Part shown: in pieces, positions 47,520 to 55,685 of the stretch
Layout: each line of letters opens with the position of its first letter
Numbering within the stretch: position 1 is the stretch's first letter
Origin: an uncultured Chloroflexia bacterium
Lineage (GTDB): Bacteria > Chloroflexota > Limnocylindria > QHBO01
Assembly (NCBI GenBank): GCA_963771155.1
Contig: CAVYSK010000012.1
Span: 203,504-267,503, forward strand
Direction of reading: 5' to 3'
DNA length: 64,000 nt
Notes under the pieces: generated by a model
What the model was told of the DNA's origin: nothing
The model's database searches: none
What the model saw: only the letters and a program-made list of their open reading frames with translations
Program-made: the position numbers and the translations under genes

Positions 47520-48767
47520 CTACTCCGGCAGATCCTCCGCCTGGAAGATGCCTGACGGCGTCACCATGTAGAGCTCGCCATCATGCGTCCCAACGAGCCG
47601 CACCATGTCGAGATCTGCGCCGTTCGGCGTCTCGACCAATGACCACGTCTGCGTCGAGCCGTCCCATGTCCACAGCTTCTGCGTCCCAGTTTCATTCCTG
47701 ACCGGGACCCACAGACGCTCCACACTGGTGGCCACGGCAAACTGGTACGCGGGGTCCCCGAAGTCGGGTTCGGGCACGACGGCGTCCCAGGAATCCGCTC
47801 TTGGGTCGTAGCGAGCGGCACCGTCGTCGTCGCCGGCATACAGGTAGGTGCCATCGGTCGTGACATCGAGGAATCGCGCCCCTGTGGTCGGCGCGGTCCG
47901 GGTGATTTCACCGGTCGCGAGGTCGTATACCAGAAAGCGGGTGTCGCCATCGCCGACGAGGACTTCCGGGATGTAGAGGCGATCGCCGATCTGCGCTGTC
48001 TTCAAGTCCCCGGGATCGGGGAAGCCGTTCTCGACGATCACGTGTTCGATCCCCGCAACCCAAGGCTCCGATGCGGTATCCACGGGCGTGATCGACAGCC
48101 AGTCGACGCCCGACACGTCACGCGTCAACAGGAAGATCTGACCATCTGATCCGACCGCCGCCGGTCTGATGGCCCGCGTCTCGTCGAGGCCCACGATGGC
48201 GACCTCTCGCCACACGCGCGCCTGGGGTTCGTACACGCGGAGGAACCCGACGGAATGCCCCGCATCGTTATCGACGTTTCCCGATATTGCAATCTCACCC
48301 GTGGCGAGCTCGAACGCGTGGCGGACGGTCAACTCGCCGACGGGGACCGGCATCTCCGGAATCTCTTGCCAGCGGACAGGCACGGCAGTCGGCGAAGGGG
48401 TAATCCCCCCAAACCCGTCGTCTGGTCCCGGGGCGGCCGGCATCGGGGTGAGGACTGCGATCGGTGAAGCCGATGGCGTGGCGCTCCCCGTCGCGGACGA
48501 AGTCGCGCTGCCGGACGGGCCGGGCGAGAGCGTCGGAGATACCAGGTCTCCGCCGAAGCCAGCCGTACTGATCGGCGAGCCCGGGGAGGATGGCGTGCTC
48601 GGCGACGCAGCCGCGTCAGCGAGATCGCTCGACCCGGCGCCTTCGGCAAGTACGGCCCCAAGCAGTCCGCCGACGATGATGGCGGCGAGGGTGGTAGCGG
48701 CAACCGCAAGGGGGCGTCGTCTGGCGTTAGACAGCACGCGGTCGAAGGTCTCGCGGATGCTGGTCAT
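47520..48767 (-). CDS. Membrane-anchored extracytoplasmic protein of unknown function (Ser/Pro linker plus probable beta-propeller repeats)
   Basis: 415-aa ORF with an N-terminal TM (LAVAATTLAAIIVGGLLGAVLA) and a low-complexity S/P/T linker. Repeated DG-hydrophobic strands follow (GSDGQIFLL, TTDGTYLYAG, THDGELYMV). No family is recognised. Confidence 0.6.
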   Translation of the reverse strand: MTSIRETFDRVLSNARRRPLAVAATTLAAIIVGGLLGAVLAEGAGSSDLADAAASPSTPSSPGSPISTAGFGGDLVSPTLSPGPSGSATSSATGSATPSASPIAVLTPMPAAPGPDDGFGGITPSPTAVPVRWQEIPEMPVPVGELTVRHAFELATGEIAISGNVDNDAGHSVGFLRVYEPQARVWREVAIVGLDETRAIRPAAVGSDGQIFLLTRDVSGVDWLSITPVDTASEPWVAGIEHVIVENGFPDPGDLKTAQIGDRLYIPEVLVGDGDTRFLVYDLATGEITRTAPTTGARFLDVTTDGTYLYAGDDDGAARYDPRADSWDAVVPEPDFGDPAYQFAVATSVERLWVPVRNETGTQKLWTWDGSTQTWSLVETPNGADLDMVRLVGTHDGELYMVTPSGIFQAEDLPE

Positions 48768-48909
48768 GGGGCCACCCTACTGCTGGTCACTACGGCCGCA
48801 CTGCGGGTGGCGGTCGGTGGAGTTGGGCAGCGCGTCGGAGCATACACTTGCTCGGCAAGCGATCGAGCGTGCGGTGCGTCCGAACCGACCTACGGGATAT
48901 TGGAGGCCG

Positions 48910-49551
48910 TCAGCGGGAATCGCTCGGAGCAGCCATCGCCGTGTTGGGGAGCAGGATCGGCCCTCCGGTTTCCCCGGACGAGGTCACCGGCGAGTCATCT
49001 GGGGACGAGCCGGGCGCGCTCGGTGTCGATCCGGGAACTCCCGGCGTGGAGCCTGTCACGCTCGGGGCACGGATGACGAAGCAGGCAGGGCCGGCCTTCC
49101 GCTGGCTGGCCTGGGCGGCGGTTGGGCTGCCGGTGGTCTTCACGTAGTTGCAGTACAGCCCGCCCACCGGCGCGTCATCGGGCACCGCCAGCGTCATGCG
49201 CAGCACGAAGAACTCGTTGCTCGGCACGAACGACACGATGTACTTCAGCTCCGGCTCACCATTGATGAACGCGCAGTCAAGGATGGTGAACTCCTTGCCC
49301 ACGCTCGCCGCGTTGACCGGGTAGCTGATCTCGAACACCGCGGTACCCCCGGGCACCATGCTGCCGCCGACGACGGTCATGTCGGTGTTGCCGTCGTTCG
49401 AGGGCAGAACCCCGGTGCAGCCCTTCGTGCCGGACTGCAGCTCAACGTGCGGCGCCCCATGATCCGCGGCCACGGGCACAGACAGGAGCGCCGCAACCAG
49501 CGCGGCCGCTGGCACGGAAAGGACCCGACGACTGCTCGCACTGCGACGCAT
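48910..49551 (-). CDS. Secreted protein of unknown function
   Basis: 213-aa ORF with a signal-like N-terminus (RRVLSVPAAALVAALLSVPVAADH), four Cys and a C-terminal S/P/T/G-rich tail. No family is recognised. Confidence 0.55.
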   Translation of the reverse strand: MRRSASSRRVLSVPAAALVAALLSVPVAADHGAPHVELQSGTKGCTGVLPSNDGNTDMTVVGGSMVPGGTAVFEISYPVNAASVGKEFTILDCAFINGEPELKYIVSFVPSNEFFVLRMTLAVPDDAPVGGLYCNYVKTTGSPTAAQASQRKAGPACFVIRAPSVTGSTPGVPGSTPSAPGSSPDDSPVTSSGETGGPILLPNTAMAAPSDSR

Positions 49552-50040
49552 GGGCGGATGTTCGGCGGATCACTCCGGCGGTCGCCATCGGACCTTCGTT
49601 CCGAGCTGGGCGTACGTCGGGAGGCACCCTGCCGGGGCCGAGCCACCGCTGTGCTGGCACGGATGATGCGGCTCGTTTCCAGGACGAGAGCGCCGGACGA
49701 TCCCCGAGCCACCTGCCAGGGGGGAGCCGACGCTCTCGCCCCATCCGCTGCGATCCAACTGCACCGCGCCGTCGGTACGCCGGGAGTACTGCACCGCACC
49801 GCATCTGGGCGGTTCGGGGAGGATACGCGAGTGCCGGCCCATACCAGGAAGTACGACTTCCCCATAGGCGGGCTGCGTCGCCAGACGCATGCTGCGAGGG
49901 AGATCGTCTGGATTCCTGAATGGTGAGGATCTCAGGGTAATCATGCGGTGCCCACCTCCACCCTGCTCATGTCCGCACGCTGAGCAGTGATCCTCACCAT
50001 TCAGACCAGGCGATCAGTTTGCGCGGGCGGTCCGATCGGT

Positions 50041-50310
50041 TCACGAACGCCTGGGAGGGTCGATGAGGACGTGCATCCGCCCCTTGCCGACGGAATGCTC
50101 GTGGCGGCGGCAGATGCCCATCGGCACGCCGATGATGCGGAAATGCGGATCCCGGAAGCCGAACGACACGGTACGGAGCGCCCGCTCGGAACAGCCCTCG
50201 ACGTTGCAGTGGCGGCTGACGAGGTGCTCGCGATAGTCGGCGATGGCGACCTCCGCGCCGCAGGTGCAGTCGATCTTCGTCTGGAAGATGTCCCGGCCCA
50301 CGTAGCTCAA
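50041..50310 (-). CDS. Small Cys/His-rich protein of unknown function (possible zinc-binding)
   Basis: 89-aa ORF (TTG start in the track). Third-codon positions are strongly G/C, as in confirmed genes. Cys/His pattern: CxC...H....HC....C...C..H.H. Confidence 0.5.
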   Translation of the reverse strand: MSYVGRDIFQTKIDCTCGAEVAIADYREHLVSRHCNVEGCSERALRTVSFGFRDPHFRIIGVPMGICRRHEHSVGKGRMHVLIDPPRRS

Positions 50311-50455
50311 GTCCGTAGGATAGAACAGACGTTCTATCCCATCAGATCGCCGGATCGGGCGATCCGTCGCATCGTCATGTCATACGACCGAGGATTGCGG
50401 AGCCCTTTCCCGAGCATCACCCAACGCATGGCGGTGGCGATGCGTTAGTAGTGGT

Positions 50456-50884
50456 ATGGGCGACTACGGGCCGGACAGCACACTCGTGCATCGGCTCGTG
50501 TCGCGCATCGCCGACATCTCGATCGACGATGCCGCTGACCTGTACGAAGCGTATGCCGCTCGCATCCTGATCCATGGCCCCGGCGCCGAGCGGCGCGCGC
50601 TTGGCCGAGCCTACCGCGCGGCCGTCACTCGCGGGCTAGAGCCGGAATATCTCCAGGCTCGCCACGACGCCGCCACCGCCTGGAGACAGGCGCTGCCCGA
50701 TAGTCGCGGGCCGTGGCTTCTCGTCGGCCGTGCGATCGCCAACGTGGCCGGCGCCCTGGTCATCCAGACCGCCCTTGATGACAAAGAGGCGCAAATGCTG
50801 ATCGGCCCATGGCGCATGGCGATCGGATCGCTGGAACCCGTTGGCCCGGGAATCAGCACCTTTGCGCACGCCAGCGCCCGGTAG
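50456..50884 (+). CDS. Hypothetical protein
   Basis: 142-aa ATG-initiated ORF with coding-like third-position G/C bias. It is divergent from the 89-aa gene. No family is recognised. Confidence 0.5.
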   Translation: MGDYGPDSTLVHRLVSRIADISIDDAADLYEAYAARILIHGPGAERRALGRAYRAAVTRGLEPEYLQARHDAATAWRQALPDSRGPWLLVGRAIANVAGALVIQTALDDKEAQMLIGPWRMAIGSLEPVGPGISTFAHASAR

Positions 50885-50927
50885 CAGGCACGTCCGAAGC
50901 CGCGGCTATCTGACCGAAACTCGGTGG

Positions 50928-51080
50928 CTAGTTGCCGTAGGGCCCACCCCCGCCCCCGCCATCGTCACCGTTGTTGCAGGCCGCCAGGACGAGGACGACG
51001 GCCATCCACGCAAACCTTGTCCACGGATGGGCGACCACACGCTGCAGGAGATCCATGGTGGGTTCGGTGGCATTCCGCAT
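50928..51080 (-). CDS. Candidate mini-lipoprotein (50 aa; alternative ATG at 51056)
   Basis: MRNATEPTMDLLQRVVAHPWTRFAWMAVVLVLAAC|NNGDDGGGGGGPYGN has an n-region Arg, a hydrophobic core and an LAAC lipobox. It starts 12 nt downstream of tRNA-Cys. There is no homology evidence. Confidence 0.3.
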   Translation of the reverse strand: MRNATEPTMDLLQRVVAHPWTRFAWMAVVLVLAACNNGDDGGGGGGPYGN

Positions 51081-51091
51081 GCCACGGAAGT

Positions 51092-51166
51092 TGGAGGCGA
51101 CGAGGGGAATCGAACCCCTGTACGCGGTTTTGCAGACCGCTCCCTGAACCACTCGGGCACGTCGCC
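51092..51166 (-). tRNA. tRNA-Cys (GCA), CCA encoded
   Basis: GGCGACGTGCCCGAGTGGTTCAGGGAGCGGTCTGCAAAACCGCGTACAGGGGTTCGATTCCCCTCGTCGCCTCCA. Anticodon stem GCGGT/ACCGC, loop CUGCAAA, discriminator U. Confidence 0.93.
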
Positions 51167-51181
51167 ACCGATTCGCCAGGC

Positions 51182-51255
51182 TGGCTGCCCCGCGAGGATT
51201 CGAACCTCGGTTCACGGATCCAAAGTCCGCTGTCCTACCACTAGACGACGGGGCA
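51182..51255 (-). tRNA. tRNA-Gln (UUG), CCA encoded
   Basis: TGCCCCGTCGTCTAGTGGTAGGACAGCGGACTTTGGATCCGTGAACCGAGGTTCGAATCCTCGCGGGGCAGCCA. It has a U1-A72 pair and anticodon loop CUUUGGA. Confidence 0.9.
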
Positions 51256-51313
51256 TCGCCGCGTCTCACGCTAGCAGGTCAGGCGGTCACCGCAACCAGC
51301 CGGAACATGAAAA

Positions 51314-51389
51314 TGGAGCGGAAGACGGGACTCGAACCCGCGACCCTCACCTTGGCAAGGTGATGCTCTACCAACTGAGCCACTTCCGC
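51314..51389 (-). tRNA. tRNA-Gly (GCC), CCA encoded
   Basis: GCGGAAGTGGCTCAGTTGGTAGAGCATCACCTTGCCAAGGTGAGGGTCGCGGGTTCGAGTCCCGTCTTCCGCTCCA. Anticodon loop UUGCCAA. Confidence 0.93.
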
Positions 51390-51420
51390 CCGCTTGTCGC
51401 CTCGAATGATACCGCGTTGC

Positions 51421-51496
51421 TGGTGCCGAGGGCCAGGATCGAACTGGCGACACCTGGATTTTCAGTCCAGTGCTCTACCAACTGAGCTACCTCGGC
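51421..51496 (-). tRNA. tRNA-Phe (GAA), CCA encoded
   Basis: GCCGAGGTAGCTCAGTTGGTAGAGCACTGGACTGAAAATCCAGGTGTCGCCAGTTCGATCCTGGCCCTCGGCACCA. Anticodon loop CUGAAAA. Confidence 0.93.
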
Positions 51497-51617
51497 GCCG
51501 GTCTTCGCTGAGGCGGTCTCAGCTCCCATGCGGTACCCCGTCAGGCGGTCGCAAGGATACCGATGCCACCCGGTGGTCGCAACCGCGCTACCCCTCCGCG
51601 ACCGCATCGCCGCGGAA

Positions 51618-52598
51618 CTAGCGGGCGCCCCCGACCGGCCGCATCTGGCCGGCGATGGTCTCGAGCGCGCGAATGCGCTCACCAATCGGCGGATGGGTGT
51701 CCCAGAGTGACTTCGCGCGCTCCTCGAAGCTCTTGATCGGGTTGACGACGTAGAGGTGCTGCGTCGCCCGGTTGGCGACCTCGAGGACCTCCTGGTCGTC
51801 ACTGATCGTGCGCAGCGCGCGGGCGAGCCCGAGGGGGTTGCGCGTGAGCTCGACGGCGGTCGCATCGGCCAATGACTCACGGCTGCGGCTGACGGCGGCC
51901 TGGACGAGCCGTCCGATCAGCGGGGCCACGACGGCAAGGATGATGGCCACGATGAAGATCACGGCCATCGCTCCCCCGCCACCGCGGTCGGAGTCGTTGC
52001 TCGACCGGCGCCCTCCGCCGCCCCAGAACGTGAAGCGCAGGAACCAGTCCGCCAGCAGGGCGATGCTTCCTACGAGCACTCCCACCAGCAGGGTGAATCG
52101 GATGTCGAGGTTGCCGATATGGCTCATCTCGTGGCCGATCACGCCCTGGAGCTGCTCGCGGTCGAGCTTGTCGAGCAGCCCGCTCGTGACCGCCACGCTG
52201 GCATGCTCCGGGTCGCGCCCGGTCGCGAACGCGTTCGGCGCCGAGTCGTCGATCACCCACAGCCGCGGTGGCGGCAGCCCACTGGCGAGGCGCATCTCCT
52301 CGACGACGTTGGCAAACTGCCGAAAGCGCTCTGACGGGTTGGCCCGGTCGATCTCCCGCGCGCCGCTCGTGGCCATGACGAGCGCGTCGCCGGCGAAGAA
52401 CGAGCCGACGCTCATCACCACGGCGACCGCCACCGCCCCGACCACGCCGCCCCACCCGAAGCCGGTGGCGTAGCCGATCGCCCCGCCCAGCACGCCGAGA
52501 AGCAGGATGACGACCGCTATCAGCAGCCAGCTCCGACGCCGGTTGCGATCGATCTCGCGATAGAAGGTCGTCGGCGCCGGGCGCGCCGCGCCGGTCAT
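51618..52598 (-). CDS. htpX: M48-family zinc metalloprotease HtpX-like
   Basis: 326-aa ORF with N-terminal TM helices, HEMSHIGNLD (HExxH), a second TM pair, and a downstream ESLADATAVE. It sits immediately after lemA. Confidence 0.88.
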   Translation of the reverse strand: MTGAARPAPTTFYREIDRNRRRSWLLIAVVILLLGVLGGAIGYATGFGWGGVVGAVAVAVVMSVGSFFAGDALVMATSGAREIDRANPSERFRQFANVVEEMRLASGLPPPRLWVIDDSAPNAFATGRDPEHASVAVTSGLLDKLDREQLQGVIGHEMSHIGNLDIRFTLLVGVLVGSIALLADWFLRFTFWGGGGRRSSNDSDRGGGGAMAVIFIVAIILAVVAPLIGRLVQAAVSRSRESLADATAVELTRNPLGLARALRTISDDQEVLEVANRATQHLYVVNPIKSFEERAKSLWDTHPPIGERIRALETIAGQMRPVGGAR

Positions 52599-52602
52599 CG
52601 GC

Positions 52603-53181
52603 TCAGGACGTGCTCAGGTCGACCTGCGGAACCGCGGCATCGGCCTCGGCGATCTGGAAGTAGTCGCGCTCGCGGAAGCCGAACACGCCGGCGATCAGGA
52701 CGTTCGGGAACGTCTGGATGGACGTGTTGAACTCGCGGACCGTGCTGTTGAAGTGCTGCCGGCTGAACCCGATCTGGTTCTCGGTGGTCGTGAGCTCCTC
52801 CTGGAGCTGGAGGACGTTCTCGTTCGCCTTGAGTTCCGGGTAGTTCTCGACCAGCGCGAACAGCTGTCGGAGGGCGCCCGTCAGGAAGTTCTCGGCCTGG
52901 GCAGCCTCAGCAGCGTTGCCCGGACCGCGCTCGGTGGCAGTGACGGCGGCGGAGCGAGCCTCGATGACGCGCGTCAGCGTCTCCTGCTCGAACTGCATGT
53001 AGCCCTTCACCGCGTTGACGAGGTTCGGGATCAGGTCGTGGCGCCGTTTCAGCTGGACGCTGATCTGGTTCCACGCCTCGTCGACCATGTTCCGGAGCCG
53101 GACGAGGGCGTTGTACGTGAAGACAAGGAAGAGGACGATCACCGCGACGGCGATCAGGACAATCCATCCCCAGAGTGGCAT
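52603..53181 (-). CDS. lemA: LemA family protein
   Basis: 192-aa ORF with an N-terminal TM then YNALVRLRN...WNQISVQLKRRHDLIPNLV...YPELKANENVLQLQEEL, typical of LemA. Confidence 0.9.
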   Translation of the reverse strand: MPLWGWIVLIAVAVIVLFLVFTYNALVRLRNMVDEAWNQISVQLKRRHDLIPNLVNAVKGYMQFEQETLTRVIEARSAAVTATERGPGNAAEAAQAENFLTGALRQLFALVENYPELKANENVLQLQEELTTTENQIGFSRQHFNSTVREFNTSIQTFPNVLIAGVFGFRERDYFQIAEADAAVPQVDLSTS

Positions 53182-53255
53182 CGGTGCAGTGCTCCTCGCG
53201 CTCGGGAGGTTGACGTCGATGATGCTAGCAGGCCCCGCGCTCCGTGGCGGTAGCG

Positions 53256-53299
53256 CGAAGAAGCAAGACCCGGCGGGTGTGCAACCACCAGCCGGGTCT
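53256..53299 (-). terminator. Candidate intrinsic terminator after the upstream tRNA cluster
   Basis: On the minus strand, AGACCCGGC-(16 nt)-GCCGGGUCU is a perfect 9-bp stem followed by UGCUUCUUCG (a U-rich but interrupted tract). Confidence 0.4.
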
Positions 53300-53426
53300 C
53301 GACTCGAATCCCTGTCAGCAACACAGGAGGTCCGAGATGCCCGTCATCCTAGCCCAGCCCGTGGGAGGCCGAGAGTCCCCTGTCACTGGTCGGGGCGGCT
53401 GGGGACATCACCTACCCGCGTGCGGT

Positions 53427-53503
<77 letters not shown>

Positions 53504-53596
53504 GACTCGTGGCCGGCATGGTAGCCGATGGGACAAACGACGACGCCGCCCGCGAGGCTTCGCGAGCGGCGCATCGGCGCGCTGAAACGAGTGAAT

Positions 53597-53681
53597 TGGT
53601 GCCCAGGCCGGGACTTGAACCCGGATGGGTTTCCCCATACGCCCCTCAAACGTACGCGTATACCAATTCCGCCACCTGGGC
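53597..53681 (-). tRNA. tRNA-Leu (GAG), CCA encoded
   Basis: GCCCAGGTGGCGGAATTGGTATACGCGTACGTTTGAGGGGCGTATGGGGAAACCCATCCGGGTTCAAGTCCCGGCCTGGGCACCA. Anticodon stem TACGT/GCGTA (one G-U pair), loop UUGAGGG, long variable arm. Assignment of the anticodon loop is slightly less certain than for the other tRNAs. Confidence 0.85.
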
Positions 53682-53703
53682 CCCGAAAAAACCCGATCCG
53701 GGG

Positions 53704-53790
53704 TGGTACCGAGGGAGGGACTTGAACCCACACGACCTTGCGGTCACTAGGTCCTGAACCTAGCGCGTCTGCCTATTCCGCCACCTCGGC
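53704..53790 (-). tRNA. tRNA-Leu (CAG), CCA encoded
   Basis: GCCGAGGTGGCGGAATAGGCAGACGCGCTAGGTTCAGGACCTAGTGACCGCAAGGTCGTGTGGGTTCAAGTCCCTCCCTCGGTACCA. Anticodon stem CTAGG/CCTAG, loop UUCAGGA, long variable arm. Confidence 0.9.
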
Positions 53791-53896
53791 ACGGCCGCAC
53801 TCGGAGCGGACTCCGATTGCGAGCGCCGATGATAGCATGCCGCTCGCCTCAGATCCCTCGGGGACAGGGGCTGTCATGGGCCGTCAGCGGCCGGGT

Positions 53897-54118
53897 TCAG
53901 ACCTGTGGCAGCAGGTTGAGCAGGCTGAAGGCGACGAAGAGGACGGCCAGGACGATCGTGAGCCGGAACAGCGTCCGCTCGATCCCCCGCCGGCTCCGAT
54001 ACGCGGTCACCTCGCCGCCGAATGCCCCGCCCAGTCCGGTCCCGCGCTGCTGCAGCAGGATCGACGCGATGAGCGCGATTGCGAGGATCATCTGGGCGAT
54101 GAGGATGGCGGACTGCAT
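53897..54118 (-). CDS. secG: Preprotein translocase subunit SecG
   Basis: 73-aa ORF with two TM helices flanking LLQQRGTGLGGAFGG, the SecG signature. It lies downstream of the tpiA/gpmI genes. Confidence 0.9.
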   Translation of the reverse strand: MQSAILIAQMILAIALIASILLQQRGTGLGGAFGGEVTAYRSRRGIERTLFRLTIVLAVLFVAFSLLNLLPQV

Positions 54119-54164
54119 GTCCGGCGCAGGATAGCAGAGGGTCTGCCCGAACGCCGACCGGGTG

Positions 54165-55685
54165 TCAGTCGCTGATGATGAGGCTGGAGCCGGTCATCTG
54201 GGGTCCGGGCGGGATGCCGAGCAGCTCGCACAGCGTCGGCGCAACGTCCGACAGCGCACCATCCCGGAGACGAGCACCCGAGTGGGCCTCGCTCACGAGC
54301 ACGACCGGGACCGGGGACGTCGTGTGCTTCGTCTGCGGACGCCCCTCGAGGTCCCGCATCTCCTCGATGTTCCCGTGGTCGGCGGTGATCAGCATAGGCG
54401 AGAGGGTGCCGAGCGCGGCGCGGGTGAGCCGTCCGAAGCAGCTGTCGATCACCTCGGCCGCCCGGACAGCGGCGTCCCAGTCACCGGTGTGCCCGACCAT
54501 GTCCGGGTTCGCGTAGTTCGCCACGACGAAGTCGTGGCGGCCGGCGTTCAGGGCTTCCACGATCGCATCCGTGATCGGTCCGGCACTCATCTCGGGTGCA
54601 AGGTCGTAGGTCGGGACGTCGCGGTTCGACGGGACGAGGATGCGGTCCTCGCCGAGGAACGGCTCCTCCACACCCCCATTGAAGAAGTACGTGACGTGGG
54701 CGTACTTCTCCGTCTCGGCGACGTGCAGCTGCCGCTTGCCCAGCCGGTCGAGGTGGGCTGCCAGCGAGTCGATGACCAGCGGCGGGAAGGCGATGCGCAC
54801 GGGGAGCTCGTCGGGCGTCTGGTACTCGGTCAGCGTGGTGACCGATGCGTTCGGTACGGCACCGCGGTCGAACTCGTCGAAGTCGGCACGTGCCAACGCC
54901 TGGGTGAGCTGGCGGGCCCGGTCCGCCCGGAAGTTCAGGTGCACGACGGCATCGCCGTCTGCCATGGGCTGGGTGCCGTCGAGGATCGTGGGCTGGACGA
55001 ACTCGTCTCCCTCCCCGCGTTCGTAGGCGGCCGCGATGGCCTCCGTCGCCGACGCCGACCGCAGGCCGCTGCCATGGACGAGGGCGTCGTAGGCACGCTT
55101 CGTTCGTTCCCAGCGGCGATCGCGGTCCATGGCGTAGTAGCGGCCGGTGATGGTTGCGACGCGCGCGCGGCCGTCGAAGCTCGCCTCGAGGTCCGATAGG
55201 AAGCGGTCGGCGGAACGCGGCGGTGTGTCGCGCCCGTCGGTGAAGGCGTGGAACAGGACGCGGTCGGCCGGCAGACCGGTCCCCCCAGCCAGCTGCACCA
55301 TGGCGACGAGATGCTCATCCACCGCGTGCACGCCGCCCGGCCCGACCAGGCCCATGAGGTGGAGCCGGCCGCCCGCGGCAATGGCCTCTCGGCAGGCGCC
55401 GACGAGCACGTCGTTCTCGAAGAGCGATCGGTCTTCGATGGCCGCGCTGATGCGGGGCAGGTCCTGTTGCACGCGGAACCCGGCTCCCAGGTTCAGGTGC
55501 CCGACCTCGCTGTTGCCCATCTGGCCGGGTGGCAGGCCGACCGCCTCGCCCGACGCCGCCAGGCGGGCGTGCGGCCATTGCTCGAGAAGGCGATGCCAGT
55601 TCCACATCGGTGCGGCCAGCAGCGCGTTCCGGGCCGGGTCGTCGTTGAGCCCGAATCCGTCGAGCACGACCAGCAGAACGGTCAT
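54165..55685 (-). CDS. gpmI: 2,3-bisphosphoglycerate-independent phosphoglycerate mutase
   Basis: 506-aa ORF with LVVLDGFG, GQMGNSEVGHLNLGAGF, ITADHGN and full-length iPGM similarity. Confidence 0.95.
   Translation of the reverse strand: MTVLLVVLDGFGLNDDPARNALLAAPMWNWHRLLEQWPHARLAASGEAVGLPPGQMGNSEVGHLNLGAGFRVQQDLPRISAAIEDRSLFENDVLVGACREAIAAGGRLHLMGLVGPGGVHAVDEHLVAMVQLAGGTGLPADRVLFHAFTDGRDTPPRSADRFLSDLEASFDGRARVATITGRYYAMDRDRRWERTKRAYDALVHGSGLRSASATEAIAAAYERGEGDEFVQPTILDGTQPMADGDAVVHLNFRADRARQLTQALARADFDEFDRGAVPNASVTTLTEYQTPDELPVRIAFPPLVIDSLAAHLDRLGKRQLHVAETEKYAHVTYFFNGGVEEPFLGEDRILVPSNRDVPTYDLAPEMSAGPITDAIVEALNAGRHDFVVANYANPDMVGHTGDWDAAVRAAEVIDSCFGRLTRAALGTLSPMLITADHGNIEEMRDLEGRPQTKHTTSPVPVVLVSEAHSGARLRDGALSDVAPTLCELLGIPPGPQMTGSSLIISD

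Noticed and set aside
48937-48951. LPNTA near the C-terminus of the 213-aa secreted protein, considered as a sortase (LPXTG-type) sorting signal.
   Set aside because: It is followed by only eight non-hydrophobic residues (MAAPSDSR*). None of the three downstream frames supplies the hydrophobic segment plus basic tail required of a cell-wall sorting signal.
49570-49944. 124-aa minus-strand ORF (MITLRSSPFRNPDDL...) filling part of the 490-bp gap upstream of the 213-aa secreted protein gene.
   Set aside because: It has no recognisable motifs and only moderate third-position G/C bias. Two other overlapping ORFs of similar size lie in other frames, and its start lies inside the 16-bp inverted repeat. 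I could not support it as a gene, though it remains possible.
50924-51500. ORFs 50924..51244 (+), 50928..51269 (-, full length), 51271..51453 (-) and 51368..51880 (-), which overlap the tRNA cluster.
   Set aside because: They run through four well-formed tRNA genes. Only the last 50 codons of 50928..51269 lie outside a tRNA, and these are kept as a low-confidence mini-lipoprotein candidate.
53701-53713. GGGTGGTACCGAG, considered as a second T-box sequence.
   Set aside because: It is simply the plus-strand view of the 3' acceptor end (…CTCGGTACCA) of tRNA-Leu(CAG), and it lies on the wrong strand for any downstream aminoacyl-tRNA synthetase gene.
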